Virus record (IMG/VR): IMGVR_UViG_3300032253_000003
Location: 1-45,448 of that record
DNA from: a virus
Lineage: Duplodnaviria > Caudoviricetes
Length of the DNA stretch: 45,448 nt
Direction: 5' to 3' (one strand)
Part shown: positions 1 to 8,264 of the stretch, one piece after another
How positions within the stretch are numbered: position 1 is the stretch's first letter
How the letters are laid out: each line of letters begins with the position of its first letter
Notes under the pieces: model-generated
Databases searched by the model: none
What the model saw: the letters and a program-made list of their open reading frames with translations, nothing else
Told to the model about the DNA's origin: nothing
Position numbers and translations under genes: made by a program

Positions 1-96
1 TAGGCAATATAGGTATAGATGAACCATTTTAGAGTCATCAAACCATTCCCAATCTATAAATTTTCGATGAAGCTTAACCCAGCCATTATTCGACAT
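1..96 (-). CDS. Phage replication initiator, N-terminal fragment (runs off window start)
   Basis: Not in ORF track. ATG at 96 reads MSNNGWVKLHRKFIDWEWFDDSKMVHLYLYCL to base 1; GWxKLHR..DWEW is a typical N-terminus of phage replisome-organiser/initiator proteins. Confidence 0.85.
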   Translation of the reverse strand, partial: MSNNGWVKLHRKFIDWEWFDDSKMVHLYLYCL

Positions 97-304
97 CTGG
101 AAGACTCGCAGTGCAGTTTATATAGATTGTTTTACCTACCGTGAACTGGCCTAAATTGTACTTGCAGCGATAGTTTGTTGAGTAATGAGCGCAGACAAGA
201 GGATTGTCTTTATTGTGGCAATCACAGTCATGCAATGGGCTTATTGTGTCTTTTAGAATTAGATATGACTTAACCAGTAACTGGCCTAATTTTTCTCTGT
301 TCAT
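86..304 (-). CDS. Hypothetical protein, Cys-rich
   Basis: ORF in leftward operon, overlapping the initiator start. Confidence 0.55.
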   Translation of the reverse strand: MNREKLGQLLVKSYLILKDTISPLHDCDCHNKDNPLVCAHYSTNYRCKYNLGQFTVGKTIYINCTASLPDVE

Positions 305-347
305 AATATTTGCTCCAAAAAAAGCATGCTAGTGCTCTATATACGGG

Positions 348-770
348 TTATTTATTTGTTTCAACATCAAAACAAAGCTTCATAAACCTACGTGCGGCTT
401 CGTTTCCAATTAAAAGAGCCTGTTCGTGCGGTATTTCCTCTGTCGCCTCTCTTATTGAGTCATAGCACATCATAGCTATATTGCAGTGCCAGCTATGTGC
501 GTAACTACCTTCCTTGCTTGGATTATCCTTAATCATTGCTTTTTTAATAACATCAAACGCTATTGCTGTTTCAATTGTATTCTGAAGTGAATTATTGTTG
601 TATAAGTCACATATTAATTCTGCATTCACTAACCATTGCTCGAAAATTTCAGGGTTTTCTGCTGAAAATTGACCATTGAAAATAGCTATTATTTTATTTT
701 CATCCCCTAACCCGGTGCGAATACTGTAACCAGACTTGCTGACTCTCCATTTATTCTCATTATTTATCAT
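348..770 (-). CDS. Hypothetical phage protein
   Basis: 140-aa ORF with AGGAG RBS. Confidence 0.75.
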   Translation of the reverse strand: MINNENKWRVSKSGYSIRTGLGDENKIIAIFNGQFSAENPEIFEQWLVNAELICDLYNNNSLQNTIETAIAFDVIKKAMIKDNPSKEGSYAHSWHCNIAMMCYDSIREATEEIPHEQALLIGNEAARRFMKLCFDVETNK

Positions 771-824
771 TGTTATTTACTCCTAGTTAGTGGTGGTTAT
801 TTACTCTTGTGGTCTATAAGTGGG

Positions 825-1196
825 TTATTTAATGCCAGTAAAAACAAATTTAATTCGATTCCATAAACCTGTTTCCTTAATCGCTTTGTTTTCATTAGTT
901 AAATAGCTGCACCTGTCGCTCCATTTTTGGCACTCTTCATCCAACCTATCCCATGCTTCGTATTGAATGCCTATAATGTCCTGTGCTTGCTCAGATACGC
1001 CTATAATCATGTCCTTTCTATCTGACGGCCTTCTGAACCTTCGGCCACGTATTAATTCACGTAAAATAGTATGATCTATAGTTTCCGGGCCATCATTTGA
1101 TACTACGTGAATAGGCTGATACGGTATTGTTGTTGATAAAATTTCATACGGGTCTCTATCGGTTTCAATAAAATCAATATTTTTTATTATGATCAC
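825..1196 (-). CDS. Hypothetical phage protein
   Basis: 123-aa ORF, GTG start preceded by AGGAG. Confidence 0.75.
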   Translation of the reverse strand: MIIIKNIDFIETDRDPYEILSTTIPYQPIHVVSNDGPETIDHTILRELIRGRRFRRPSDRKDMIIGVSEQAQDIIGIQYEAWDRLDEECQKWSDRCSYLTNENKAIKETGLWNRIKFVFTGIK

Positions 1197-1229
1197 AGTT
1201 AAACTCCTAAATTAAAAAATTCAGGCTTA

Positions 1230-1259
1230 TTGTGCAGATAAATTGAATAGTGTTATAAT
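1230..1259 (+). promoter_or_regulatory. Sigma70-type promoter for rightward small RNA
   Basis: TTGTGC (1230-35), 18 bp spacer, extended -10 TGtTATAAT (1251-59). Confidence 0.6.
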
Positions 1260-1265
1260 TGGGTC

Positions 1266-1392
1266 TAACGGTTGAGCTGTTGCTCGAAGTGAATACGTTA
1301 ACCTCTGTTTAAAACTATTCGCTTTAGGTCTGTCAACCAAAGCCGTTGTTAAATTATACGCCCTCTGTGATTATTTGCAAAGGGCGTTTTTA
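1266..1392 (+). ncRNA. Putative cloverleaf small RNA with intrinsic terminator
   Basis: Closing stem 1267-73/1341-47, three internal hairpins, then ACGCCCT/AGGGCGT (1358-64/1381-87) plus T-run; no ORF. Confidence 0.5.
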
Positions 1393-1422
1393 TTTATGCT
1401 AAACTATTATATCAAACCTTAT

Positions 1423-1471
1423 CTACGCCTGATGAGTCCGTTGGGACGAAATACTAAACTGTATCGCGTAG
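1423..1471 (+). ncRNA. Hammerhead ribozyme, type I
   Basis: Stem I CUACGC/GCGUAG; core CUGAUGA 1429-35; stem II GUCC-guug-GGAC; GAAA 1448-51; stem III AUAC-uaaacu-GUAU; AUC cleavage triplet ending at C1465. Confidence 0.95.
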
Positions 1472-1655
1472 GCCCATTAGTAGAGCTGCGAATGGGACAA
1501 GGCCAGCAACTTAGCTCTAAGTGTATTTACGAGTATATTTAGAGCTAAGACCGATCACGCTGGTTTGTATGTCGGATACGAAGCTCTACACTACTTCAAA
1601 TCTCTCCTCCCCCTTGGTGAGTATAAAAAAGCCTCTTTATTGAGGCTTTGTTATT
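1466..1655 (+). ncRNA. Unrecognised structured RNA downstream of hammerhead cleavage site
   Basis: Nested stems, two potential pseudoknots, CU-rich tail and terminator (see findings). Confidence 0.6.
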
Positions 1656-1656
1656 T
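1625..1656. terminator. Intrinsic terminator, probably bidirectional
   Basis: AAAGCCTC-tttatt-GAGGCTTT hairpin flanked by an A-run and a T-rich tract. Confidence 0.75.
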
Positions 1657-1851
1657 CTAAGTTCCAGTAAAGAATAACCTTGTACAAATCTCACTGCATA
1701 GATGAAAATCATCATAATTACTATATGAAGTACCATTAAATGGAATGCTTATATTTAATCCGAACTCTTTATTTGATGTTATTTCAAGCCATCCAGCCGA
1801 TGTTTCTGATTTTCTTTTGCATTGATCACATATATATTCTACTTTTTTCAT
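1657..1851 (-). CDS. Small Zn-finger-like protein
   Basis: CDQC ... HLCSEIC motifs. Confidence 0.7.
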   Translation of the reverse strand: MKKVEYICDQCKRKSETSAGWLEITSNKEFGLNISIPFNGTSYSNYDDFHLCSEICTRLFFTGT

Positions 1852-1872
1852 TATCTTTCCCCGTTAGACTGT

Positions 1873-2058
1873 TTAAACAAAATCTTCGTATATTTCTGCA
1901 TCTGGAAAAGGCCTGTACTTTCTAGCTTTAACCAAAGCATTGTTAGCCTGCGAAATATCAATAAACTCTTTGGCATTTTCTTCAAGCAATGTGCGCGGCG
2001 GGTCGCCTTCACCATCAGCCAGCCATACACCTTCTTCTAATAAAACTTTCATCTTCAT
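1873..2058 (-). CDS. Hypothetical phage protein
   Basis: ORF with GAGG RBS in leftward operon. Confidence 0.7.
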   Translation of the reverse strand: MKMKVLLEEGVWLADGEGDPPRTLLEENAKEFIDISQANNALVKARKYRPFPDAEIYEDFV

Positions 2059-2073
2059 ACCCTCTATAGGTGG

Positions 2074-2331
2074 TTATCTTTGGATGCGTGTCATTTCTCC
2101 GCACTTCTCACACTTACACCGATTTTTCTTTTCTGCCTTATTAGCTATTCTATTAAGCTCAATTATTCTTAAATTCGCTCTTGATTCACTGTTGCAGAAC
2201 TGCTCTAAAACCCACATAGGGCTTAAATGCTCACCACATATCCCACATTCAACATAACCCAGCTTATCGTCAACTAAATATGTATTGTGCTTACACTTGA
2301 AGCTGTGAGTGCGTTTAATAACTAAGTCCAT
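2074..2331 (-). CDS. Zn-ribbon hypothetical protein
   Basis: CKH, CGICG and CKCEKCG motifs. Confidence 0.75.
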   Translation of the reverse strand: MDLVIKRTHSFKCKHNTYLVDDKLGYVECGICGEHLSPMWVLEQFCNSESRANLRIIELNRIANKAEKKNRCKCEKCGEMTRIQR

Positions 2332-2333
2332 TG

Positions 2334-2603
2334 TTATTCCTTCCCTTCTATTGTGGCGTTAAGGATGGCCCTTGATATTGTGGCTGGCCCTGTTTGCTCA
2401 TACTTCCAAAAAGCATCATCACAGGCTTTTCTAAGTGCCGCCATCGCTTCCAGGTGCTCATCCTTGCTTATGCTGGTGTCGGCTAATATGTATTTAGGCT
2501 CTCCCTGTGGCTCTTCCTGCCAGTATCCGCCGATTTCCTTTCCATAAAGATCACGCGCCATTCCTGCATAAATCACTTCTGGAATATCTGTTTTATTAGT
2601 CAT
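2334..2603 (-). CDS. Hypothetical phage protein
   Basis: Tightly packed ORF in operon. Confidence 0.65.
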   Translation of the reverse strand: MTNKTDIPEVIYAGMARDLYGKEIGGYWQEEPQGEPKYILADTSISKDEHLEAMAALRKACDDAFWKYEQTGPATISRAILNATIEGKE

Positions 2604-2605
2604 AT

Positions 2606-2875
2606 CTAGCCCCTAGCCTTTAGCATGGCGTCTGCCCATATATAGCGAGCTTTAACGATCGCCTTTAAGTACGCATCTTCAGGATATTTAACTCCTGGTT
2701 GATTTAGATTAATATCTAATCCTATAAATCGACACACGTCACCTGCTGAAGAAGGGATTATTCGATCTATTTCGTGCTCATCAGCAGCCATAGCAAACTG
2801 GTCTCTTAAGCTGGGCTGATCAAGCATTTTATTGAACGTATCAAAATCAAGGCAAATTACTTTTTTATCATTCAT
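2606..2875 (-). CDS. Hypothetical early protein (SLRDxFA family)
   Basis: SLRDQFAMAA ... ADAMLKAR motif common in small phage early proteins. Confidence 0.75.
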   Translation of the reverse strand: MNDKKVICLDFDTFNKMLDQPSLRDQFAMAADEHEIDRIIPSSAGDVCRFIGLDINLNQPGVKYPEDAYLKAIVKARYIWADAMLKARG

Positions 2876-2881
2876 ATCTAT

Positions 2882-3127
2882 TTACTCGTTGGTGGCTGAT
2901 AGATATTTATTTATTTTTATCCATACAGAGTTACCAACATCAACAATACCCTCGTTGCTCCGATCCCATAAATCATCACGTATTAATTGAATTAGCTCTC
3001 TTGCCTCTTCTTTGTCCTTTAAATAATCTACGTATAAAACAAACCGGCCATCTGTAAATTCTACCATTTCAACATATTCAAACTGGCCTTTAGATACTGA
3101 TGGTTCCGAATCATATCGTTTAATCAT
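2882..3127 (-). CDS. Hypothetical phage protein
   Basis: ORF with GAGG RBS. Confidence 0.7.
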   Translation of the reverse strand: MIKRYDSEPSVSKGQFEYVEMVEFTDGRFVLYVDYLKDKEEARELIQLIRDDLWDRSNEGIVDVGNSVWIKINKYLSATNE

Positions 3128-3139
3128 TGTTTGTTGCCT

Positions 3140-3466
3140 CTAAGGTTTAATTTTTAGATTCTTAAATGCGATTTTCCGCATGTCTGACAGATGTTTTTCA
3201 ACTGCTCCCAAGCTACCAGCCGAGCCAGTACCCTCTGTTGGCCTTACTCCGCACTGCCACAACTCATCCATTAAATTCTGTGCAGACTGTATTCCAAGTG
3301 TTAAAAATGGCGGCGAAAGCAGACCTCTATCCATTTTTTCAAACACAACTGGCTGGGCTATAGATTCGCTAACATTTTCTATAACTTGTCTGCAATATAA
3401 ACTTATTCCGTTTTGCCAATCTTCACGCCTTGCCATTATCTCAATTGGTTTAATGTCACCGTTCAT
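3140..3466 (-). CDS. Hypothetical phage protein
   Basis: ORF with GAGG RBS; AQNLMDELWQCGVRP...HLSDMR resembles a recurrent phage protein. Confidence 0.75.
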   Translation of the reverse strand: MNGDIKPIEIMARREDWQNGISLYCRQVIENVSESIAQPVVFEKMDRGLLSPPFLTLGIQSAQNLMDELWQCGVRPTEGTGSAGSLGAVEKHLSDMRKIAFKNLKIKP

Positions 3467-3486
3467 TTCTTGTTGCCTCTATATTG

Positions 3487-3699
3487 TTAGCTATCATCCC
3501 AGCAATTACAGCTTGGATTATCCGATCCGCAATGCGTGCAAAAGTACCAAAATACATCCATTCTTTCGGCTTCTGTTAACGACATTAAATGATTTGTAGC
3601 AGTTGCACCCAGCGATATTTTAAAGCTCCAGTCGCTGCTAGGGCTGTTTCTAAACATTAATTTGCCATTTATTATTGATTCTTCGTAGTACATAATCAT
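3487..3699 (-). CDS. Hypothetical protein, Cys-rich C-terminus
   Basis: FCTHCG..CNC; AGGGG RBS. Confidence 0.7.
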   Translation of the reverse strand: MIMYYEESIINGKLMFRNSPSSDWSFKISLGATATNHLMSLTEAERMDVFWYFCTHCGSDNPSCNCWDDS

Positions 3700-3716
3700 T
3701 CCCCTTTAATTATCAG

Positions 3717-3953
3717 TTATTTGGTTACAATTCTGTTTGTTTTAATGATTTCTTCAACAATCACGGTCTCATCAGGCCAAACGTCGTACACAGACTTATC
3801 TAGCACGCCGCAAATGGCATAAGCGGTTGTTAGCGTAGGCATTGAGGAGCCAGCCTCTAAAGCCCAGCAATGTGATTTAGTGCCGCCGTACATGTCAGCC
3901 AGCGCTTGCAATGTAAGCCCGGCATCTTCTCTTAAGCTTTTTAGATTATTCAT
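3717..3953 (-). CDS. XRE/Cro-family helix-turn-helix regulator
   Basis: LKSLREDAGLTLQALAD...LEAG..PTL HTH_3-type pattern; first gene of leftward operon. Confidence 0.85.
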   Translation of the reverse strand: MNNLKSLREDAGLTLQALADMYGGTKSHCWALEAGSSMPTLTTAYAICGVLDKSVYDVWPDETVIVEEIIKTNRIVTK

Positions 3954-3987
3954 ATACAGGTCTTCTGTGTTTATTTAGGATGCCTTT

Positions 3988-4067
3988 ATATTATAATAAA
4001 AAACACACTGAGTCAATTAAAATAAATACAAATAAGTATTGACATTAAGAACAGGTGAGGCTAATAT
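3988..4067. promoter_or_regulatory. Back-to-back divergent sigma70 promoters
   Basis: Leftward TTGACT(4016-11)-17-TAATAT(3993-88); rightward TTGACA(4039-44)-17-TAATAT(4062-67). Confidence 0.75.
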
Positions 4068-4102
4068 TTATCCATAGCAATTAAATAACTAAGGGGTTAC
4101 AC

Positions 4103-4321
4103 ATGAAAAGCAAGATTATTCAGAAACAATCAGAAATTATCTATCCGTGTTTAATGACTTATCCCAATTCAAGTAACGTATTTTTTATGTATAAAGCTGA
4201 AAGAGGGATATGTATTTATTCTACAATTCTAAAATATGTAGGGTCTTCTGCTACAGATTGGGATAGTGAATTTCCTAAATTTATTCAATTCACCGGCACA
4301 ATAGAACTAAGCAACGATTAG
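4103..4321 (+). CDS. Hypothetical protein
   Basis: First ORF of rightward operon, AGGGG RBS. Confidence 0.7.
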   Translation: MKSKIIQKQSEIIYPCLMTYPNSSNVFFMYKAERGICIYSTILKYVGSSATDWDSEFPKFIQFTGTIELSND

Positions 4322-4331
4322 GGGTTACACA

Positions 4332-4598
4332 ATGAAAGACAAGATTAAAATAGATGATAGATTCTCTTTTAATCGTGACAAATACAATTGGATATTGTAC
4401 GAGACACGCATTGGAAAGGATAAGGACGACAATGACAAGGCCCATACAGATTTATCGTTCCACGGCACTCTCACACAGGTCTGTGCAGCTATTATTGATA
4501 GAAAGCAGGGTGATTGTGAAACCTTAATCCAGTTAATGGAAATGACAGCAGATGCGGCTGATAGACTTGCCGCATTTATGACCGATAAAACGGAGTAA
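4332..4598 (+). CDS. Hypothetical phage protein
   Basis: AGGGG RBS, operon position. Confidence 0.7.
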   Translation: MKDKIKIDDRFSFNRDKYNWILYETRIGKDKDDNDKAHTDLSFHGTLTQVCAAIIDRKQGDCETLIQLMEMTADAADRLAAFMTDKTE

Positions 4599-4602
4599 AG
4601 AA

Positions 4603-4890
4603 ATGCCACATAACGACGAACCAGAAAATATCGAGCAAGACAAAGCCGATCAAATCAAAATTGTTGATGAGTACGACGAACTTATGAAAGATCATGGAAG
4701 TGTTACAGCAGGTCTTGATAATGTGCTGGCTGACCTTGAAACACGTAAAGAGATAGGCGAGCTTATCCAGCAGATTGAAAAACTAAAAGGCGTGGACATT
4801 CAGAGCAAGCTTAAACTGGCTGCGCTGATAGTTGATAAAGTAACCGATGATGTTTGGGAAACGGCTACCGATATAGTTAACAAGGGGTAA
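4603..4890 (+). CDS. Hypothetical acidic protein
   Basis: GGAG RBS. Confidence 0.7.
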   Translation: MPHNDEPENIEQDKADQIKIVDEYDELMKDHGSVTAGLDNVLADLETRKEIGELIQQIEKLKGVDIQSKLKLAALIVDKVTDDVWETATDIVNKG

Positions 4891-4894
4891 GACA

Positions 4895-5170
4895 ATGAAA
4901 ATAGCAATATATAAAGATATGAGCATAAATTATGAGCGTGTAGCTGAGGTTACAGATTATCTTGAAAATGGAAAAGACGTCGACATAAGACTATCAGAGA
5001 TAATGGAAGTTGAATTTATAATGCTACCTTATGGTGATGCTGAAAAGAAACAAATCGAAGTAATCGAAACTCAAATTAAAGCCGTTCAAGCTGCTGCACA
5101 TATGAAAGTAACTGAGCTGGAAGAAAAGAAAGCCGAATTACTCGCTATAGGTGACAGCAATGAAACGTGA
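4895..5170 (+). CDS. Hypothetical coiled-coil protein
   Basis: AGGGG RBS. Confidence 0.7.
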   Translation: MKIAIYKDMSINYERVAEVTDYLENGKDVDIRLSEIMEVEFIMLPYGDAEKKQIEVIETQIKAVQAAAHMKVTELEEKKAELLAIGDSNET

Positions 5171-5465
5171 AAGAGCAAAAGAGCTAAGAGAAGTATTTAA
5201 CGCTTTCTGTGATGGGAAGGATATTCAGTTTAGGGAGGATTTTGAGAATAGTTGGAAGATTATTTTAAATGGTGAAGGCTCAGGATTCTTGGAAGGCTAT
5301 GAATACCGCATCAAGCCCGAGCCTGAAGTTATCTATGTTAATAAGTGGGGTGACAAACATAATCAGAAAAACTGTCATTCAAGCGAAGCTGAAGCCATTC
5401 AGAAAGCAAGAATTTCAGGGCTTGAATATATCTACATAGCCAAGCCATTCACTGAGAGGGAATGA
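5160..5465 (+). CDS. Hypothetical phage protein
   Basis: Start refined to ATG 5160 after AGGTG; GKDIQ...EYRIKPEP motif recurrent in phage proteins. Confidence 0.7.
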   Translation: MKRERAKELREVFNAFCDGKDIQFREDFENSWKIILNGEGSGFLEGYEYRIKPEPEVIYVNKWGDKHNQKNCHSSEAEAIQKARISGLEYIYIAKPFTERE

Positions 5466-6346
5466 ATATGAGCTTTACCGAAGAGCAAAAAGTTTTTTTA
5501 AGTGAACCTTTAGTTGTTGAAAATGTAAGCAAAAGAGACGGAACCGGAAACACAAAGCTTTCTTATCTTGCATCACATCATGTAATAGCTGAGGCAAACC
5601 GCATATTCGGCTTTGATGGATGGAGCACTGAAATACTTGTTTTAAAGCAAATTGATAGAACAGAGTATGAAAAGGCGCCATACAAGCCAGGCGACGAGCC
5701 AAAGCCAATGGTATCAATATCATATTTATGTAATTTGCGGGTTACTGTTAAGTCTGGCGAATCCACCATAATAAAAGAAGATACCGGTTTTGGTAACGGC
5801 GTAGCTGGTTTCTCAGCGTATGGAATAGGTAGCTGCATAGAGCTTGCCAGTAAAGAGGCTGTAACGGACGCATTGAAGCGATGTATGCGATATTTCGGCA
5901 ATCAGTTTGGCAATACCTTATACAACAAAGACGCCGCACCACTACCAGATATGGGGGCCGTTGAGCTTGCCAAGCCTGTTACAGGTGAACAGGTAATGGA
6001 GCTTCGTGCGTTATATAAAGATCGAGAAATTAATGACGAATGGGTAGAAAATCTATTGCTGGCAGAGAATTTTACCGGTGGTATCGATGGATTAACTCAA
6101 GATTGGTTTAACCATATTTACAAATTAACCAGTAATTACAAAATAGCTGAGATTAAAGCAAAAACATATACTGATGATATGGAAAAGGTTATCGAAATGA
6201 TGAAAAAATCAGTGAATATGAATATGTTAAAAGCCACATTTAAAGAAGCATGGGAAAAGGCTTCAGAGCAAAAAGACAAAGCAACGCAGTTAAGCGTGCA
6301 GAAAACTTATAACGAGTTAAAAGATAAATTCGAGGCTAAAAAATGA
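5462..6346 (+). CDS. Rad52/Rad22-family single-strand annealing protein (Sak-like)
   Basis: LSYL..HHVIAEANRIFGFDGWS and KEAVTDALKRC.RYFGNQFGN.LY are Rad52-family signatures. Confidence 0.92.
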   Translation: MNMSFTEEQKVFLSEPLVVENVSKRDGTGNTKLSYLASHHVIAEANRIFGFDGWSTEILVLKQIDRTEYEKAPYKPGDEPKPMVSISYLCNLRVTVKSGESTIIKEDTGFGNGVAGFSAYGIGSCIELASKEAVTDALKRCMRYFGNQFGNTLYNKDAAPLPDMGAVELAKPVTGEQVMELRALYKDREINDEWVENLLLAENFTGGIDGLTQDWFNHIYKLTSNYKIAEIKAKTYTDDMEKVIEMMKKSVNMNMLKATFKEAWEKASEQKDKATQLSVQKTYNELKDKFEAKK

Positions 6347-6837
6347 AACCGCTTTATGAAATAACCGAAGATCACAAAGATCTATTAAAATTAGCTGATG
6401 AAAACGAGGATATCGAAAAAGCCGTTGCCGATACGATGGAATTAATCGAAGGCGATTTTAACGACAAAGCAATTTCATTAATCCATGTCGTAAATAGCAT
6501 GTCAGATGATGCTGTAATTTTGGATAATGAGATAAAACGGCTTACCAAACGAAAGAAGTCTATTGAAAGCAAGCAGGATTCAATGAAAGATTATTTAAGG
6601 GTGAATATGGAGGCTACTGGAATAAATAAAATACAGTGCCCACTATTTACAATAACGCTAAGAAAGGGACGTGACATTGTGAATATAATAGATGAGTCAG
6701 CTATTCCAGCGGATTTTCTCGACATTAAAACAACTATGACGCCAATGAAAAAAGAGATATTAGCGGCCTTAAAAGAAGGCTGCGATGTTTCCGGCACGAA
6801 TATTATTAAATCAAAATCAAGTATATCAATCAAATAA
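6343..6837 (+). CDS. Siphovirus Gp157-family protein
   Basis: LYEIT...EIKRL..RKK...[13 protein letters not shown]...IPADF...KKEI..ALKEG pattern; sits between recombinase and SSB. Confidence 0.88.
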   Translation: MKPLYEITEDHKDLLKLADENEDIEKAVADTMELIEGDFNDKAISLIHVVNSMSDDAVILDNEIKRLTKRKKSIESKQDSMKDYLRVNMEATGINKIQCPLFTITLRKGRDIVNIIDESAIPADFLDIKTTMTPMKKEILAALKEGCDVSGTNIIKSKSSISIK

Positions 6838-6848
6838 GGCGAAAGACA

Positions 6849-7304
6849 ATGGCACGAGGTATAAACAAAGTAATTCTAGTAGGAACATGCGGTAAAGACC
6901 CTGAAACCCGTTATATGCCTTCCGGTGGTGCAGTCACTTCTATTAGTGTGGCTACAAATAAGAGCTGGAAGGATAAAAAGACCGGCGAGAAACAGGAGGC
7001 AACAGAATGGCACAACATTACCTTTTTTAACCGCCTGGGTGAAATTGCCGGCGAGTATCTAAAGAAGGGTCAGCAGGTTTATATCGAAGGTGAGCTGAAA
7101 ACTGAAAAATGGCAGGACAAAAGCGGTAATGATCGTTACACAACTAAGATTATCGCCAATGAAATGCAGATGTTAGGCGGAAGGCAAGATAATCAAGGCA
7201 GTAACCAGCAGGCACAACATGCTCAGCAAGGACAGCCAACACCGCAAAGCCAGCCTAGTTCTGGTGATGTAAATTTCAATGATTTAGACGAACCGCCGTT
7301 TTAA
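6849..7304 (+). CDS. ssb: Single-stranded DNA-binding protein
   Basis: [24 protein letters not shown], acidic DEPPF tail. Confidence 0.97.
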   Translation: MARGINKVILVGTCGKDPETRYMPSGGAVTSISVATNKSWKDKKTGEKQEATEWHNITFFNRLGEIAGEYLKKGQQVYIEGELKTEKWQDKSGNDRYTTKIIANEMQMLGGRQDNQGSNQQAQHAQQGQPTPQSQPSSGDVNFNDLDEPPF

Positions 7305-7320
7305 CCGAGTCATAGCAAGA

Positions 7321-7356
7321 CCCCTATTCCCTCTACTTATGGGGGAGGGCTTTTTG
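7321..7356 (+). terminator. Probable intrinsic terminator after ssb
   Basis: Imperfect C-rich/G-rich hairpin followed by TTTTT. Confidence 0.5.
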
Positions 7357-7376
7357 AACAACAGAGAGTAAATATT

Positions 7377-7631
7377 ATGGAATTAAGTGAATTTAATAAA
7401 ATATTTGAAAATGAAGACACTGAATGGGAGGGCGATAATGCGATTCAAGGTCTATTAATTATACAAAAGTATATTCCAAATAAAGGAATAGAGGCGGCTG
7501 AACACGACATTATATATTCAGTAAGTGCAGATGATCTTGTTGAGGCGGGAATAACGACAGAAGACGCTGAAAGTTTGCGTAAATTGAACTGGATGATCTA
7601 TGACGGATTTTACATGGCCTGTTTTGTTTAA
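7377..7631 (+). CDS. Hypothetical acidic protein
   Basis: ORF with AAEHDIIY motif seen in small phage proteins. Confidence 0.7.
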   Translation: MELSEFNKIFENEDTEWEGDNAIQGLLIIQKYIPNKGIEAAEHDIIYSVSADDLVEAGITTEDAESLRKLNWMIYDGFYMACFV

Positions 7632-7649
7632 TTAAAGTGAGGATAGATT

Positions 7650-7841
7650 ATGGTTTATATAACTATTGATTGTGATGCTAAGGGTGCATTAGCTGTTGAT
7701 AAGGTCTTTGAGTCGTACATAGATGCTGAAAACTATGTAATAGATTTTATTTTTATAAATGATGAGTTTTATTCTGGGCGAACTGATGAATTCAAGGTTT
7801 CAGCCGCAAAGAATTATATAGTGGTTAGAGAAATTAATTAA
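7650..7841 (+). CDS. Hypothetical protein
   Basis: GAGG RBS. Confidence 0.65.
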   Translation: MVYITIDCDAKGALAVDKVFESYIDAENYVIDFIFINDEFYSGRTDEFKVSAAKNYIVVREIN

Positions 7842-7852
7842 GAGGGTAGATT

Positions 7853-8056
7853 ATGTGCAATAAGGTTGGCTATGAAACAAAGCAAGAAGCCAAAAAGGAT
7901 GCTGAATTTATTACAAAGTCATCCAGAACACAGAAGCAGAAAATTAGTAAGCCAAAACATGGTAAGAAGATGCGGCCATATAAATGCAAATATTGCGGAT
8001 TATGGCATTTAACAACCCAAAAGCAGTTTAAGTGGAGTAAATCAAAATCGGGGTGA
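7853..8056 (+). CDS. Small basic Zn-finger protein
   Basis: C...YKCKYCGLWHLT motif. Confidence 0.75.
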   Translation: MCNKVGYETKQEAKKDAEFITKSSRTQKQKISKPKHGKKMRPYKCKYCGLWHLTTQKQFKWSKSKSG

Positions 8057-8250
8057 ATATTATGGAATACAAAGACACACCAACCAGCATGACCGAACCA
8101 GATAAACCAGTTACCCGCCATAGACCAAAGGGCAGGGGGATTAATCCATTAGCTGACTTTATGGCATATGACAGTAAGCTGTTTCTTAAGTCATTACCCG
8201 GTGAGACGCTTACCCGTTCGAGGCATTCAAATTTAGCGAATAACGACTAA
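8053..8250 (+). CDS. Hypothetical protein
   Basis: GTGA overlap with previous stop. Confidence 0.5.
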   Translation: MNIMEYKDTPTSMTEPDKPVTRHRPKGRGINPLADFMAYDSKLFLKSLPGETLTRSRHSNLANND

Positions 8251-8264
8251 GATAAGAGAGATAG

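Noticed and set aside
1471-1510. c-di-GMP-I (GEMM) riboswitch, suggested by GGGACAAGGCC and the phage GGDEF domain
   Set aside because: Lacks the GGCAAAC start, GNRA tetraloop/receptor and GCAAAGC junction of the consensus.
1501-1565. Hairpin ribozyme or preQ1-III riboswitch (CCAG...GUAUAUU...CUGGU; AGCAACUUAG)
   Set aside because: Only short word matches; the matching bases lie within a long helix and the remaining consensus is absent.
1420-1650. Retron msr/msd, DGR or IS-associated guide RNA
   Set aside because: No reverse transcriptase, TnpB/IscB or transposase ORF recognised in the near-complete genome.
6394-6430. Other CTGATGA words as additional hammerheads (also near 7783 and 42316)
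   Set aside because: They lie inside coding regions and lack stems II/III and a properly placed GAAA.
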